DNA of 64,000 nt, taken from IMG/VR virus record IMGVR_UViG_3300010885_031189, positions 34,320-98,319 of that record; one strand, written 5' to 3'. Positions 10,001 to 19,906 of the stretch are shown here, piece after piece. The position numbers and the translations under genes were made by a program. Each line of letters starts with the position of its first letter. The first letter of the stretch is position 1. The notes below the pieces were generated by a model that was given only the letters and a program-made list of their open reading frames with translations, made no database searches and was not told the origin of the DNA. Source of the DNA: a virus.

Positions 10001-13000
10001 AATTCAGAATTTAATACTGAATTGAATTCTGTTAATGAATATTCAGTAGTACGGAACTTGCCCGGAGTATAAGAAGCAATATCAATTAGCTCAGTTTTAT
10101 ACTCTGCTTTTATATTATTGTAAATTCTACGCTCTAACTCAAGCAAATATACATCTCTCAAATCACCAAATGCTGGGGTTAAGCTACCATCATGACCTTG
10201 AATTACTGCAATCTCAGTTTGATATGTGTTGTCCATGTATATCTCTGGCATATATTTTGGATACAACCCTAACTTAGTTGGAGTTTCTGGAACACAATTG
10301 CCGTCAGTGCGATACTCTCTTATTTCTAATATTCCATCAACTGCCAATTCTACTGCATCAGTGATTTTTAATGAAGCTACCACAATATTAAATATATAGT
10401 CTCGGTTAACCATCAGTTGCTGTCCATTGTAATATACAATAATTGCACGATTGCTTAATTCGGTGATACTATATAATGAATGTAAAGCATACCCGGTTGA
10501 ATATAAATTATCTGTTACATTTGTATTTTCAATACGATGACTTAATGTTGTATAATTATCACCTGAGGGTAACATATCACTATAGTACCAGGAAAAACTA
10601 CCATTCTTAACAGCATTTATTATTGACACAACTGCGTCTACACCTGCTACTGGATTAGCTGGATTTAGATCAGGTAGTGTGACACATAATTCTAAAAATT
10701 TATTCTTAAATTTAGTGTATTCTCTGCGAGCCAAATCTATTGCATTAATGAAATTAAGATTTGAATCAATCAGGAATAAAGATGAATACATTACTGGAGC
10801 AGAATTTTGAAGTATACTACCATTTCTATTTCTGTAATAATAATTTTTTAAAGTCTGTCCTTCAGATAACAGAGTATTTTGACTAATATGTAATAGATGA
10901 TTTCTCATCTGGCCTAATGTGACTGCTGACAATGATATATTTTTGCTATTAGCGTCTAGGTTAGTTGGAATTTGATAATAGCCTAATTTACTTACTGGTT
11001 CTCCATAAATTAATATATCAATTGTATCACCAATAGTTAGATACCCAGTATTAAACTTTACGGTATTTTTTACACCGACCGGTAACTTAGAAAAATTGGT
11101 AGTAATAAGTTTATTATTAACAAATACCTTAAAGTTAGATACATAGGCTGATGATACTTCAAGCACATCATATTCAAAATAATTAGTTGCACCTGTATAT
11201 GTGTGAGTGATCAGTTGGTACTGTTTACTTTTCTCTAATACTGTTGTCCATACTATTTTGTCACTATACTGAGTAAAGTTAAAGGCATTAAATTTAACTA
11301 AATCTGTGAATAAATTTTGACGTAAAAATCCGTTAGATATTGGAAAGGTTAGATTGCTTTTATTAACAGTGTACGTAAAATCCTCATTGTCAAAATTATT
11401 TTTGAAGTTAATATCGCCGATAGAATTACCAACACTGGTATAACTTAATGGTAAGTTTAGTATTGGATCAACTGTTCCTGTTCCTTCAAGGAAAGAGAAT
11501 ATTCTAGTACCACTAAAAGTACTGTTGACATAAGTATTTTTATCAGCCAAACTAATATCATTTGCATCAATCACATCAAATAATGGCGGCTGATTTATTG
11601 TTGTTTTAATCTGTGACTTCTGCCAAAATCCAACGGTTGGATCATTGGTTAAACTTAAACTGTTATACCAATGAGTAATCTTGGCATTAGTACCACTCAA
11701 TGCCAATACTGTACTGTACTTATATGCGATTGGTAAATCAGTTGCAGCTAGTATAACTCTTGCATGATTAAATGCAAAAGTAATGGTATCTTCAGATGCT
11801 GGTGCAACCTGTTCAATATGTAATATTGTATTTGAATATATACGTTTAACTTTGCCAATATAATCAACCCGAGGAGTGTCAAAAGAATCAGTATCATTAG
11901 AAGTTTGGTCATACCCAGTGTTGGTGTATAAATGTGCTCCCTTTTTAAATTCAGTTAGAAAATTAGTACCTATACCAGTGACAATAAAAGAACCTGCGGT
12001 TGTTGTTATTTCCCCAGTAACTCCCTCATCAGTACTATCAAAAAATGTTGCACCACTTTGATCAGTGTATTGAATTTCGTATATTTGTCTTCTAACGGAT
12101 GAACTTATGTCATTTGAAAAAATAATAGTTTGAAATTCTTCTACTACTAGTCCTAATCCTGCCAAAACATTAATTGAAACATTATTAACTTGTGTTGATG
12201 CATTTGTTATGACTTCATCAAATAGGTCAACATTTGGTAGTGGTACTCTACCATTGTTAAACAACTGTAGATCCTGGTCAAATTCAATAATAGGTCTGTT
12301 TGCCCGTTGGTATTGGTCAAACATTGGTATTTTGCCTAAGTAATCAGCAGTCGCAGTAATTACATCAATGTGGAACCATCTATTTGCACGACTCCAGGCA
12401 TTCAGATCAGTACATGCACGATTTATTACTATATAATCTGGTATCAATGAAGACTGAATTGGTTCATCATAATTACCTATATCATAATTCATGATATCAA
12501 ATGGAACATTACTATCGTCCGGTAATATTTCAACTGCCAATAAGGTATCTACATTCACTAATGAAATGCCAGTACCGACCCCTTCTACTATATAAGTTTT
12601 TGGCACGACAGGTAGTGTCGTAGGATCATCTGACCAATATGATTGTGGAATCACTGTATTGTCAAATGATATTCTTAGTCCATTTGTAAATACGACACCA
12701 TTGGGACTGGTATATGCGAGTTCACCAATAATACCAGTATTAATATTAATAGGTCCGTATGAATTTACTACTTGCGCAGCGTCTATAATATTAATGGTTT
12801 TAATTTGAGCACTGTTATTGGCATTTTGTAAATACAAAGCAGACAATGGAGCAGTAATATCTGGAGACAATGTTATTGTCCCACTTGAATTTTTAAAAAA
12901 CTCATAGCCACCTTGAGTTTCACCATCATTAATACGCACCCGATTTCCAATTGGAAAATCTCTTACTTTTGTTAGAGTTACTATTTCAGTATCATCAATG

Positions 13001-13920
13001 TTTATTTGCCAAATATCATACCGATCATCTACCGGAACAATTGTGGAAGTTGATGTAGTCCAATCTGCACCTGATGTACTACTATTTAAAAATATGATAT
13101 ATTTTCCTATAGGAAAATCAGTATCTGAATCAAATTGAATTATGTCACTTAATAAGTTACCATCTATACTAGTAAAAGTAGCTGATATGGCATAATCTAT
13201 ATAATTTATCAATGGTAGATTATAATAATAATCTTGCACATCGCTGGCTGGAACTGTAAATGTTATGGTGGCGGTACCATTGTTTGTTACACCATGTATA
13301 CGACGGCTTGAAACTTCCGGTAAATATTGTTTAGTACCAGTTATACCTGGTTCAGTTTGAATCCAAATATTTCCAGAACCAACATTTAACTGATAGGTAT
13401 ATCCTCTAGTTAAGTTAATGCTTCCAGCCGTTGTTATATCAATAGTGCGTACCAGAGGAGTTGAATTAGGTATCTCAGCAATAGAAGTTAAAGGAACACT
13501 GTCAGGAAAAGTTGATAACCAATAGTATTGACTAAAATTTATTAACTTGTCCAAATCTATTTTAGGATCATAATTGTAATATTCTGAGGCAAATAATCTA
13601 GAATGATTGTCTGTTAGTCCACCATAATATCCAATTTTTGATACTAGATCAGAATAATCACTATAGAAATCTATCTCATTACTACTATTTTTAATAGTTA
13701 CGCTAGGCTCAAGTTGATAATTAGCTCTGGCAGTAGTAGGCTCTACAATATAATTGTCACCTGTTTTAAAAGTAGGAGAAAACTTTCTTCCAATATATCC
13801 ATCTAATCTCTTATAACTTGGCTCACTAACCAGTTGGTCAAGAGTTGCGTGTAAGAACTTTTTATTTGTATTACTTTGAAATACTGCAGGAAGAAAATCT
13901 AAGGTCTTTCTGGTAGCCAT
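7093..13920 (-). CDS. Giant baseplate wedge/structural protein (gp7-like position)
   Basis: 2275-aa ORF directly downstream of gp6. It includes a W..TTDYKKGDIVSYKKISY carbohydrate-binding-like motif and YQGYIREKGT. Confidence 0.65.
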   Translation of the reverse strand: MATRKTLDFLPAVFQSNTNKKFLHATLDQLVSEPSYKRLDGYIGRKFSPTFKTGDNYIVEPTTARANYQLEPSVTIKNSSNEIDFYSDYSDLVSKIGYYGGLTDNHSRLFASEYYNYDPKIDLDKLINFSQYYWLSTFPDSVPLTSIAEIPNSTPLVRTIDITTAGSINLTRGYTYQLNVGSGNIWIQTEPGITGTKQYLPEVSSRRIHGVTNNGTATITFTVPASDVQDYYYNLPLINYIDYAISATFTSIDGNLLSDIIQFDSDTDFPIGKYIIFLNSSTSGADWTTSTSTIVPVDDRYDIWQINIDDTEIVTLTKVRDFPIGNRVRINDGETQGGYEFFKNSSGTITLSPDITAPLSALYLQNANNSAQIKTINIIDAAQVVNSYGPININTGIIGELAYTSPNGVVFTNGLRISFDNTVIPQSYWSDDPTTLPVVPKTYIVEGVGTGISLVNVDTLLAVEILPDDSNVPFDIMNYDIGNYDEPIQSSLIPDYIVINRACTDLNAWSRANRWFHIDVITATADYLGKIPMFDQYQRANRPIIEFDQDLQLFNNGRVPLPNVDLFDEVITNASTQVNNVSINVLAGLGLVVEEFQTIIFSNDISSSVRRQIYEIQYTDQSGATFFDSTDEGVTGEITTTAGSFIVTGIGTNFLTEFKKGAHLYTNTGYDQTSNDTDSFDTPRVDYIGKVKRIYSNTILHIEQVAPASEDTITFAFNHARVILAATDLPIAYKYSTVLALSGTNAKITHWYNSLSLTNDPTVGFWQKSQIKTTINQPPLFDVIDANDISLADKNTYVNSTFSGTRIFSFLEGTGTVDPILNLPLSYTSVGNSIGDINFKNNFDNEDFTYTVNKSNLTFPISNGFLRQNLFTDLVKFNAFNFTQYSDKIVWTTVLEKSKQYQLITHTYTGATNYFEYDVLEVSSAYVSNFKVFVNNKLITTNFSKLPVGVKNTVKFNTGYLTIGDTIDILIYGEPVSKLGYYQIPTNLDANSKNISLSAVTLGQMRNHLLHISQNTLLSEGQTLKNYYYRNRNGSILQNSAPVMYSSLFLIDSNLNFINAIDLARREYTKFKNKFLELCVTLPDLNPANPVAGVDAVVSIINAVKNGSFSWYYSDMLPSGDNYTTLSHRIENTNVTDNLYSTGYALHSLYSITELSNRAIIVYYNGQQLMVNRDYIFNIVVASLKITDAVELAVDGILEIREYRTDGNCVPETPTKLGLYPKYMPEIYMDNTYQTEIAVIQGHDGSLTPAFGDLRDVYLLELERRIYNNIKAEYKTELIDIASYTPGKFRTTEYSLTEFNSVLNSEFLKWIGGNKIDYSGNPYFQSNNEFSWNYNRCLDIDGQPMIGYWRGIYKYFYDTDRPHTHPWEMIGFSEKPSGWEARYGAAPYTSGLLNLWLDLEDGYNYVTDSYNPLYARPNLSTFLPVDASGNLIDPTQLLSKFDSATLNYTFSIGDQGPVESAWRRTSEFAYAMQRTIALLKPAVYFGTLVDTSRYTPRVNIGQFTVNSTNKKVTPTSIVINGESVNGNITRASGYINWVSDYITSFGMIGPTKVRTYLSALDVKLSHKMAGFTDKKYITVLADQYSPNSTNESTIIPDENYMVHLNKSVPIRRINYSAVIVEKTDSGYTVSGYNLKTPYFTIIPSQSTGSSYAIQVLNTRGVIYNDYQNKKITVPYGYEFKNKQQIVDFLVSYQRILIAQGFVFENYNSDLGKTQDWVLAAEEFLTWTLQGWKSGNILVLSPVGSELKFTSTDSVVDMIGNRPNESRILNPNFEVIKNTALDIVRDSVVTTINAIYGQTIAFAEITLVQYDHTLIFDNVTVFNDVIYKPELGNRQHRLRITGSKTSNWNGELSPAGFIYNNSVTTNWSPTTDYKKGDIVSYKKISYTALQDMVAADSFDFNYWSQLDRALTSGLLPNFSNNALKLADIYNIDNQQLDENFDTFSKGLIGYRSRSYLEDIGMNQTTQSKFYQGYIREKGTQNAISALAKSQFNKQQTNLITFEEWAMRVGEYGAIDANQSISVRLDETQYKANPSSLSLLGKNDTSVDLVNIVRPLNLLNSPLKYEPSVFLNREPTRYYEDDIKSAGYVNINDVDSLLFDMTNYAALSAILPNIVTGYRIWVAKDFNDDWQVYRVTEVPHTVTKLDYALDNKITVTMSAAHGLAVRDVFAFSGLDANFDNFYQVLVVESTTSVIVAIDSILVNLIRTNPIEGSGDLFDLTRMRYSTISQVTSSPPKNGWRVGDMAWVDKNQDGQWEAIVYNPNNITLPKRATSNNSI

Positions 13921-13933
13921 TCTTATTTACCTA

Positions 13934-16900
13934 TCAAAATGTGATACTACGATTTGATGCTGCTAAACTTTGATTTAATTGTCCAGATGTTAAGGATGTG
14001 ATAATCTCTACATTATCTACTGTAGCTGAACTAATTATAATTTCATTTGCTTCTGCATTAATTTGATATAAATTACCAAAACTCACCGTGTCATCATCAG
14101 GCACTATAATAATACTAGCAATATTTGGACTTAATACTCTATGTAAATATGCTGATAACTCACTAAAGTAAAATGTATCACCAAAATCCCAGTTTGTTAT
14201 ATCAAAATAAACATTTATTGCATTTATCACTGATGTTTTAATATCAGCATCACTTATATTTAATCCAGGATTTTTCACAACCTTAAAGGTCGCTTGTAAA
14301 TTAAGTGAAGATTTATTACCAAACACCGGCTTAAACTTTGCACTTTGAAAAACAATAGTGTCACTTATTGATTTTATATTGTTTAATGTCGCATAATCAG
14401 TTTCTAATGCTATATTTGTTGGTGCAACTGGTTCTGCTACTGTGTTTGAATTATCTACAATCCAATTGCGATAATCAGTATTATATGTAGTGGTTAACAC
14501 ATATAAATCAATGATATTACTGGTACTAGGATCAACCCTGCTATTACTTGGAGTTGTATGTCTATACTGATAATACAAATCTTGTCGCCCATAATATGCG
14601 ATGTAATCTGATAACGGATTTCCTAATGCCAATGTACTAGACAATTGATAGAATAAATTTTCAGTTGTTGCATAAAATAGTTGTCCGGCAAAAAAATTAC
14701 CTTTATTAGTTATTATCTGAGAAGTAGTAGCATAGATACTAACAATAGTTTTATTATCTACTAATTCAATATACATGAATCGATCATTTTCATATCCAAC
14801 AACTGTCTTGAAAAATACATATTTACTATTATTACTGGGTAAAGGATTTACTATAAATTCAAATAATTGTGGATTATCTGGAACACCATCATTATTTGTA
14901 TCAGCAAAAGTAACATAAATGCTGTTAGTACTTGCATATCCGTCAGGATCTACAATAGAATTATGTACATACCATGAAGAATCTTGCCCCAATGGTAATA
15001 CTGTATTAGGTCCAGGATTAGTCTTTAATATTTTTATATTATCTCTTATTACTTTTCCAGCTTTGCTATCAAATACATTCAAGTCTCTATCAAAAAAGAA
15101 ATTTGTTTCCGCTGGACTGTGAAAAATATATTCTAATCCACGATAATAAGTAGTATATTGTTCAGATGCAGCATTATAGGTAAATCTTAATAACCAGCTA
15201 TTATTTAACTGAGTTCCACTTTGGCTACCTATATTTAATAATGAAAATGTATTTTGAATAGTACTTGAAGTGGAATCTATTTTTAAATTTTCTTCGTAGA
15301 TTATTCTCCATGATCCGCGTACTGCATCATATTCTAATCCAAAATTTTTATATGTGTTTATTAAGTCAACAAGTGCCGTAGTAAAAGCAGTGCTTATGTA
15401 ATTTTTAAATACAGGAAATATACTAAAAACTATAGCATTAGTGGGTACTTTTACATTTAAAGTTACTGGTCCTACCCCAGTAGAAAGATTACCCACTCCG
15501 CGATTTGCACCATCACCAATTACATTAGTAACAGATGCATAAAAGAAGGTTTTATCATCCAGTCTTATTGCTTGTCCTGGAACAAGATTGTTATTAATAT
15601 CAAAATGGAAGTTTACTGGTGAAGTAAACTTTATAATTGCGCCTACTTTTAAAAATGTTGCACCTGAATTAGATGCTGCTGCGCCACCAATTAATGATGG
15701 AACATTTAATTTTTTGAAATATCCAGTTGAACTGGTTGTTCCGGACGTAGTTGAATTCCATGTCAATCCGCCCGACTGATATGCAGGAAAATTAGCATAA
15801 TAGAATTGTAATAATTCTTGAGACTTTATCACATTAGCAATAGAAGTTGTTAAAATTCTGCGTATTTCTATTGGTGATAAGAAATTAAATTTTAAATTTC
15901 TAAGGTAACTATTACGATACAATACACCATCTTCGCCGAACATATTGGTACTGCTATAATTGGCAGTGGGATCTAGTGTGTCTAAATATTTACTTAACCC
16001 AATACTAGTTCTGTTTAATGCTTTTACTTTAGATACAGAACTAAAAGTAGTATAAGGTAAAATATTATAATCTTCACCGGTAATCATGCGATTCTGAGTA
16101 TAATATTGTTGAGGAGCTTTTTGCTTTATATCATCAATACTTTCTCTAGAAGATGCATTGGCAATAGTATACCCTAAACTGGCTCTGAATGTAATAGTTT
16201 CTATACGGTTAATACGACTAACATAATTAAATGATATCGTAATTGACTGCATTGAATCAGGTGTAATCTTATACCCTAGCCCATTGGCTGTTCTGTAAAA
16301 ATATCTGAATTTGCCTTGTGGTATATTAGAAAATGCTCCATCACCAAAAATTAAATCAACTTGATCTCCGGCTTTGCTGTTAACTTGATATAGATTTCTA
16401 GCAGATGCACTATTATAGATAACATTTATTCCAGCAACTGCTGGGACGGCCTTCCATAAAGTTTGTAGGTTGCCATTTGAATCCAAACTGTATAACCATC
16501 CATCCCCATTATTAATGCCATTTATATCTACATTAACTATTTTATTAGGAACAACATCAGTTATTGAGAAATCAAAACTAGCAAGATTTCCTTGCTTAAA
16601 GTAAAAGAAGAATCCTGTGTTATTACTAGAATTTCCCAAATTATCATTTTTATATAATACATTAAACACTCCACCTAATTTAGGTGAGGTCTCATAGATA
16701 TATGGTTCATTGGTCGATGAAGAACTAACTGCTTCAAATGCAGTTTTTGATCCTTCAATTGAAGCGTCAAATCTATAAATTGGCAACACTGATGGAATTA
16801 AATTAATGCTATACTCATCATTGGTAATACCATTTAATAATTGTGAATTACCAGGCTTCCCTACTATTTGACTGTTAACTAAACATGCATTAAATATTAC

Positions 16901-17371
16901 AGTAAATTGTTCTAGCCAATTCTCATTGGATGGGTCATTCCATGATATAGGTGTACCACTAAGATTTATACTATTACTATCATACACATTTTCACTCGTA
17001 GATATACTATCTACTTTTAGAAATCCAGATGCAGATATTGCTCTTTTCGGATTATAACTTATTAATCTGGCTAGTTTTAATACACTATCTCTTCGTTCAG
17101 CCGTATCTAAAAAGTTTTCTCTAGCATTAAGGTCTGTCCTAAATGCCAAACTTTGTCCCATGAAGGCAATAAGGTCTATCAGTGCAATAAATTCGCTACT
17201 TTCAGTAAAATCGTTGAAATCTTCTGGGTAATATAACTTGAGATAATCAATCATACTCTTACGCAGAGTCTCAAAGTCATAGGTAGAGAAGTCAGCTTCT
17301 CGGAAGGTCTGATATAGTTTTTTCCAATTTTCTGCTGCTAGCAGGCTGGTTTGACGAGAAATTATAGCCAT
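13934..17371 (-). CDS. gp6: Baseplate wedge subunit, T4 gp6-like
   Basis: DFETLRKSMIDYL...DFTESSEFIALIDLIA...ENFLDTAERRDSVLKLARLISYNPKR; FGDG; ESIDDIKQKAPQQYYTQNRMITGEDY. Follows gp25. Confidence 0.85.
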   Translation of the reverse strand: MAIISRQTSLLAAENWKKLYQTFREADFSTYDFETLRKSMIDYLKLYYPEDFNDFTESSEFIALIDLIAFMGQSLAFRTDLNARENFLDTAERRDSVLKLARLISYNPKRAISASGFLKVDSISTSENVYDSNSINLSGTPISWNDPSNENWLEQFTVIFNACLVNSQIVGKPGNSQLLNGITNDEYSINLIPSVLPIYRFDASIEGSKTAFEAVSSSSTNEPYIYETSPKLGGVFNVLYKNDNLGNSSNNTGFFFYFKQGNLASFDFSITDVVPNKIVNVDINGINNGDGWLYSLDSNGNLQTLWKAVPAVAGINVIYNSASARNLYQVNSKAGDQVDLIFGDGAFSNIPQGKFRYFYRTANGLGYKITPDSMQSITISFNYVSRINRIETITFRASLGYTIANASSRESIDDIKQKAPQQYYTQNRMITGEDYNILPYTTFSSVSKVKALNRTSIGLSKYLDTLDPTANYSSTNMFGEDGVLYRNSYLRNLKFNFLSPIEIRRILTTSIANVIKSQELLQFYYANFPAYQSGGLTWNSTTSGTTSSTGYFKKLNVPSLIGGAAASNSGATFLKVGAIIKFTSPVNFHFDINNNLVPGQAIRLDDKTFFYASVTNVIGDGANRGVGNLSTGVGPVTLNVKVPTNAIVFSIFPVFKNYISTAFTTALVDLINTYKNFGLEYDAVRGSWRIIYEENLKIDSTSSTIQNTFSLLNIGSQSGTQLNNSWLLRFTYNAASEQYTTYYRGLEYIFHSPAETNFFFDRDLNVFDSKAGKVIRDNIKILKTNPGPNTVLPLGQDSSWYVHNSIVDPDGYASTNSIYVTFADTNNDGVPDNPQLFEFIVNPLPSNNSKYVFFKTVVGYENDRFMYIELVDNKTIVSIYATTSQIITNKGNFFAGQLFYATTENLFYQLSSTLALGNPLSDYIAYYGRQDLYYQYRHTTPSNSRVDPSTSNIIDLYVLTTTYNTDYRNWIVDNSNTVAEPVAPTNIALETDYATLNNIKSISDTIVFQSAKFKPVFGNKSSLNLQATFKVVKNPGLNISDADIKTSVINAINVYFDITNWDFGDTFYFSELSAYLHRVLSPNIASIIIVPDDDTVSFGNLYQINAEANEIIISSATVDNVEIITSLTSGQLNQSLAASNRSITF

Positions 17372-17420
17372 TGTGTTGTATAACTCAGTTTATGTATTTA
17401 TTTTAGTATAAAGTAGACAC

Positions 17421-17798
17421 TTAATTGATAACAGATAACTGTTTAGAGTCTCGGTCAAAATTCAAGGTCATAACAGCAAGTTGATTAGTTATAACATACC
17501 TAAGGTTCAATATGATTTGAATACCATACTGATATTCAGTAACTGATAATTCATCAACTGATAACCGTGGGTCATAATTAACGATAGTTTTAATATCATT
17601 AATTATTGTATCTTTGACCGATGATGTAAATGGATCAAACAATAGATTCCATATAATGCAACCAAAGTTTGGATTCATTAATTTTTCACCCTTTCGGATA
17701 TAAAAATGGTTAATGAGGTCTTGCTTAATCAAAGCAAAATCAGTTACTTTAAATTTACGAGTCCTATTAAAAGTACTAAATCCAGAATAAGTAGTCAT
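17421..17798 (-). CDS. gp25: Baseplate wedge subunit, gp25/GpW-like
   Basis: LIKQDLINHFYIRKGEKLMNPNFGCIIWNLLFDP...YDPRL, the gp25 signature. Confidence 0.9.
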   Translation of the reverse strand: MTTYSGFSTFNRTRKFKVTDFALIKQDLINHFYIRKGEKLMNPNFGCIIWNLLFDPFTSSVKDTIINDIKTIVNYDPRLSVDELSVTEYQYGIQIILNLRYVITNQLAVMTLNFDRDSKQLSVIN

Positions 17799-17806
17799 AT
17801 ATATAT

Positions 17807-19903
17807 TTATGCTAGTTTTGCTAGTACATCAACTGCGTATCTTCCTCTATTGAAATAAGTTGTACCAGATGTATTGTTAGCATCTTGTCCAGTACCGGTC
17901 TTTCTCCAAGTATTAGCTCCACCCGAACCTAATAAATGGCTAGCACTTAACATTCCAGCAACAGTACATTGATCATCTCCATTTTTTATTCCCTGTTTTT
18001 TAACCAAGGTAGAATAATTTGAATTTAATAAGGTAAGCATTGCAGTTTCTTGCACGCCTGAATTGGATAAAAAATCTTCTTTTGAATTGATACCATCTTT
18101 GCCGCGCCAACTTGAAGGATAATTTACTGCATTATTGCCATATAACGCAAGTGCATCTTTCTTAATGTATCCCTGATCTGATAACACTGCTGCACTGAAC
18201 TGGTACTTTCCAATATAATTAAATTGATTAGTAGCTTTATAATTTCCACTGCTTTCGCTATATCCTATTTGTGTCATCAATGCTTTAGTTTGTTCTATGG
18301 TCAATGGTCCTACTGCACTTACTGGTGTAGGATTGCTAGTGTTATTCATATAACTTTTAGGAGCGCCCTTACTAACAGATGCATTAGCTGCAGCCGTGGG
18401 TCCAGCGTCAGATGATCCACCACCAATGCATTCAATTGGGTTAATATCTTCAGTAGGAGGATCTCCTTTAGTTACATCTGCGTTTTCACTGCCTGCTGGA
18501 GTAGGTTGAACTAATGGTCCGGTTAGTGCAGCATTTGGTGTCCCTGTTTTTCTAGACCAGGGTTCATGTGTTGGAGCTATTTTAACAATACTGTTTAATG
18601 CACCAGGAGTGCTTATCCATTTGCCATCTTTAAGTCCAGTTTCACTTAATTTGTTTACTGTGATAGGCGCAGGTTGAGTAATTTTGGGGCCTTGTCCAGA
18701 ATTCAAGTTTATAGTTGATCCAGTAAATTTCAAATCGGCAGCTGAACTGAAACTTCCGCCTTCTGACGCATTTAGGTCTAATCTTCCAGCACTAGCCAGT
18801 CCTATACTGCCAGCATACAATACTGTCTGGTTAATGCTTGTTAAGTTTATCTCTTTACTTTGTAAATTTATAGCTTTAGTAGCAGATAAGTTAAAGGTTC
18901 CACCTGCATTTAAATTAATGTCTTTATCAGCATGTAAATTTAAGTCCGCTTTTGTTCGTATATTGACACTACTAGCACTGAATACATTTAAATGTCCGCT
19001 ACCTGTCATTTCTAACCAGACACTGCCATTACTATTTCCAATGTATAGAATTTTTTCCGAGTCATTCATTAACAGTTGATGCCCACCCGCTGTTCGTAAG
19101 CGTATCAATCTGTCTTTGTCATTGGTGTCACCATCATCCATTACAAATTGATGACCACCTTTTCGTGTCATTACAGTATCAGTTGCATTTTCATTGAATG
19201 GTCGGCCTGGAGTGCTTATACCAAATACTGTACTAGGTGTTTCTCGTTGACTACTACTACTAATTGTACCTCGTACGGTATCTTCATCCAATCCTTGAGT
19301 GAATAGAATCTTAGCTTGTTCTTCATGTAGAGGCTTCTTGAGAGCTACATATTGTGTCCAATCTACATCTACATTTTCATTGAACTCAACAACTGGCATT
19401 ATTTTTTTAGCGTATAACTTTTGGACAGTTGGGTCTTTAATTTTGGTATCATCTATGTTCTTGGCCCCTGCTAAACCAGGAACCATGTGATGCCCTAATT
19501 GATTCGGCACACATGCGAACCAATATCCTCTCATAGGATCGCCAGCTACAAAAGTACAAAGTACCAAATTTCCTATATCTGGAACAGTAAACCACATACC
19601 ATAGGTATGTCTAACTGTAGTAAATGAATTTTCGGTCGGAGCTGTTTTACCTGGAATAGAATTCTGTTGAGTAGTACTACCAAAGAATGGACTAGCATAG
19701 CTTACTGTTCGCCAGTTACTGGGATTAGTTTCGTCACCTGCACCTAAGTCAGGAATCCAAATTTGAAGTCTACCCGACATGGTATAGTCAATGTTATTAA
19801 CAATTTTACCGATGTATGGCCCTGAATCAAGTCGTAGACCGGGACTATCCTCTCGTCTTACATATTCCGGAACTTTTTTACCAGAGCGTTTGTCACTAGC
19901 CAT
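17807..19903 (-). CDS. gp5: Baseplate hub/spike gp5-like protein (OB-fold, beta-helix) with C-terminal lysozyme-like domain
   Basis: GRLQIWIP...W...PDIGNLVLCTF OB-fold; RTAGGHQLLMNDS; beta-helix repeats; C-terminal YSESSGNY...GKYQF...SHLLG muramidase-like motif. Confidence 0.8.
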   Translation of the reverse strand: MASDKRSGKKVPEYVRREDSPGLRLDSGPYIGKIVNNIDYTMSGRLQIWIPDLGAGDETNPSNWRTVSYASPFFGSTTQQNSIPGKTAPTENSFTTVRHTYGMWFTVPDIGNLVLCTFVAGDPMRGYWFACVPNQLGHHMVPGLAGAKNIDDTKIKDPTVQKLYAKKIMPVVEFNENVDVDWTQYVALKKPLHEEQAKILFTQGLDEDTVRGTISSSSQRETPSTVFGISTPGRPFNENATDTVMTRKGGHQFVMDDGDTNDKDRLIRLRTAGGHQLLMNDSEKILYIGNSNGSVWLEMTGSGHLNVFSASSVNIRTKADLNLHADKDINLNAGGTFNLSATKAINLQSKEINLTSINQTVLYAGSIGLASAGRLDLNASEGGSFSSAADLKFTGSTINLNSGQGPKITQPAPITVNKLSETGLKDGKWISTPGALNSIVKIAPTHEPWSRKTGTPNAALTGPLVQPTPAGSENADVTKGDPPTEDINPIECIGGGSSDAGPTAAANASVSKGAPKSYMNNTSNPTPVSAVGPLTIEQTKALMTQIGYSESSGNYKATNQFNYIGKYQFSAAVLSDQGYIKKDALALYGNNAVNYPSSWRGKDGINSKEDFLSNSGVQETAMLTLLNSNYSTLVKKQGIKNGDDQCTVAGMLSASHLLGSGGANTWRKTGTGQDANNTSGTTYFNRGRYAVDVLAKLA

Positions 19904-19906
19904 TTG

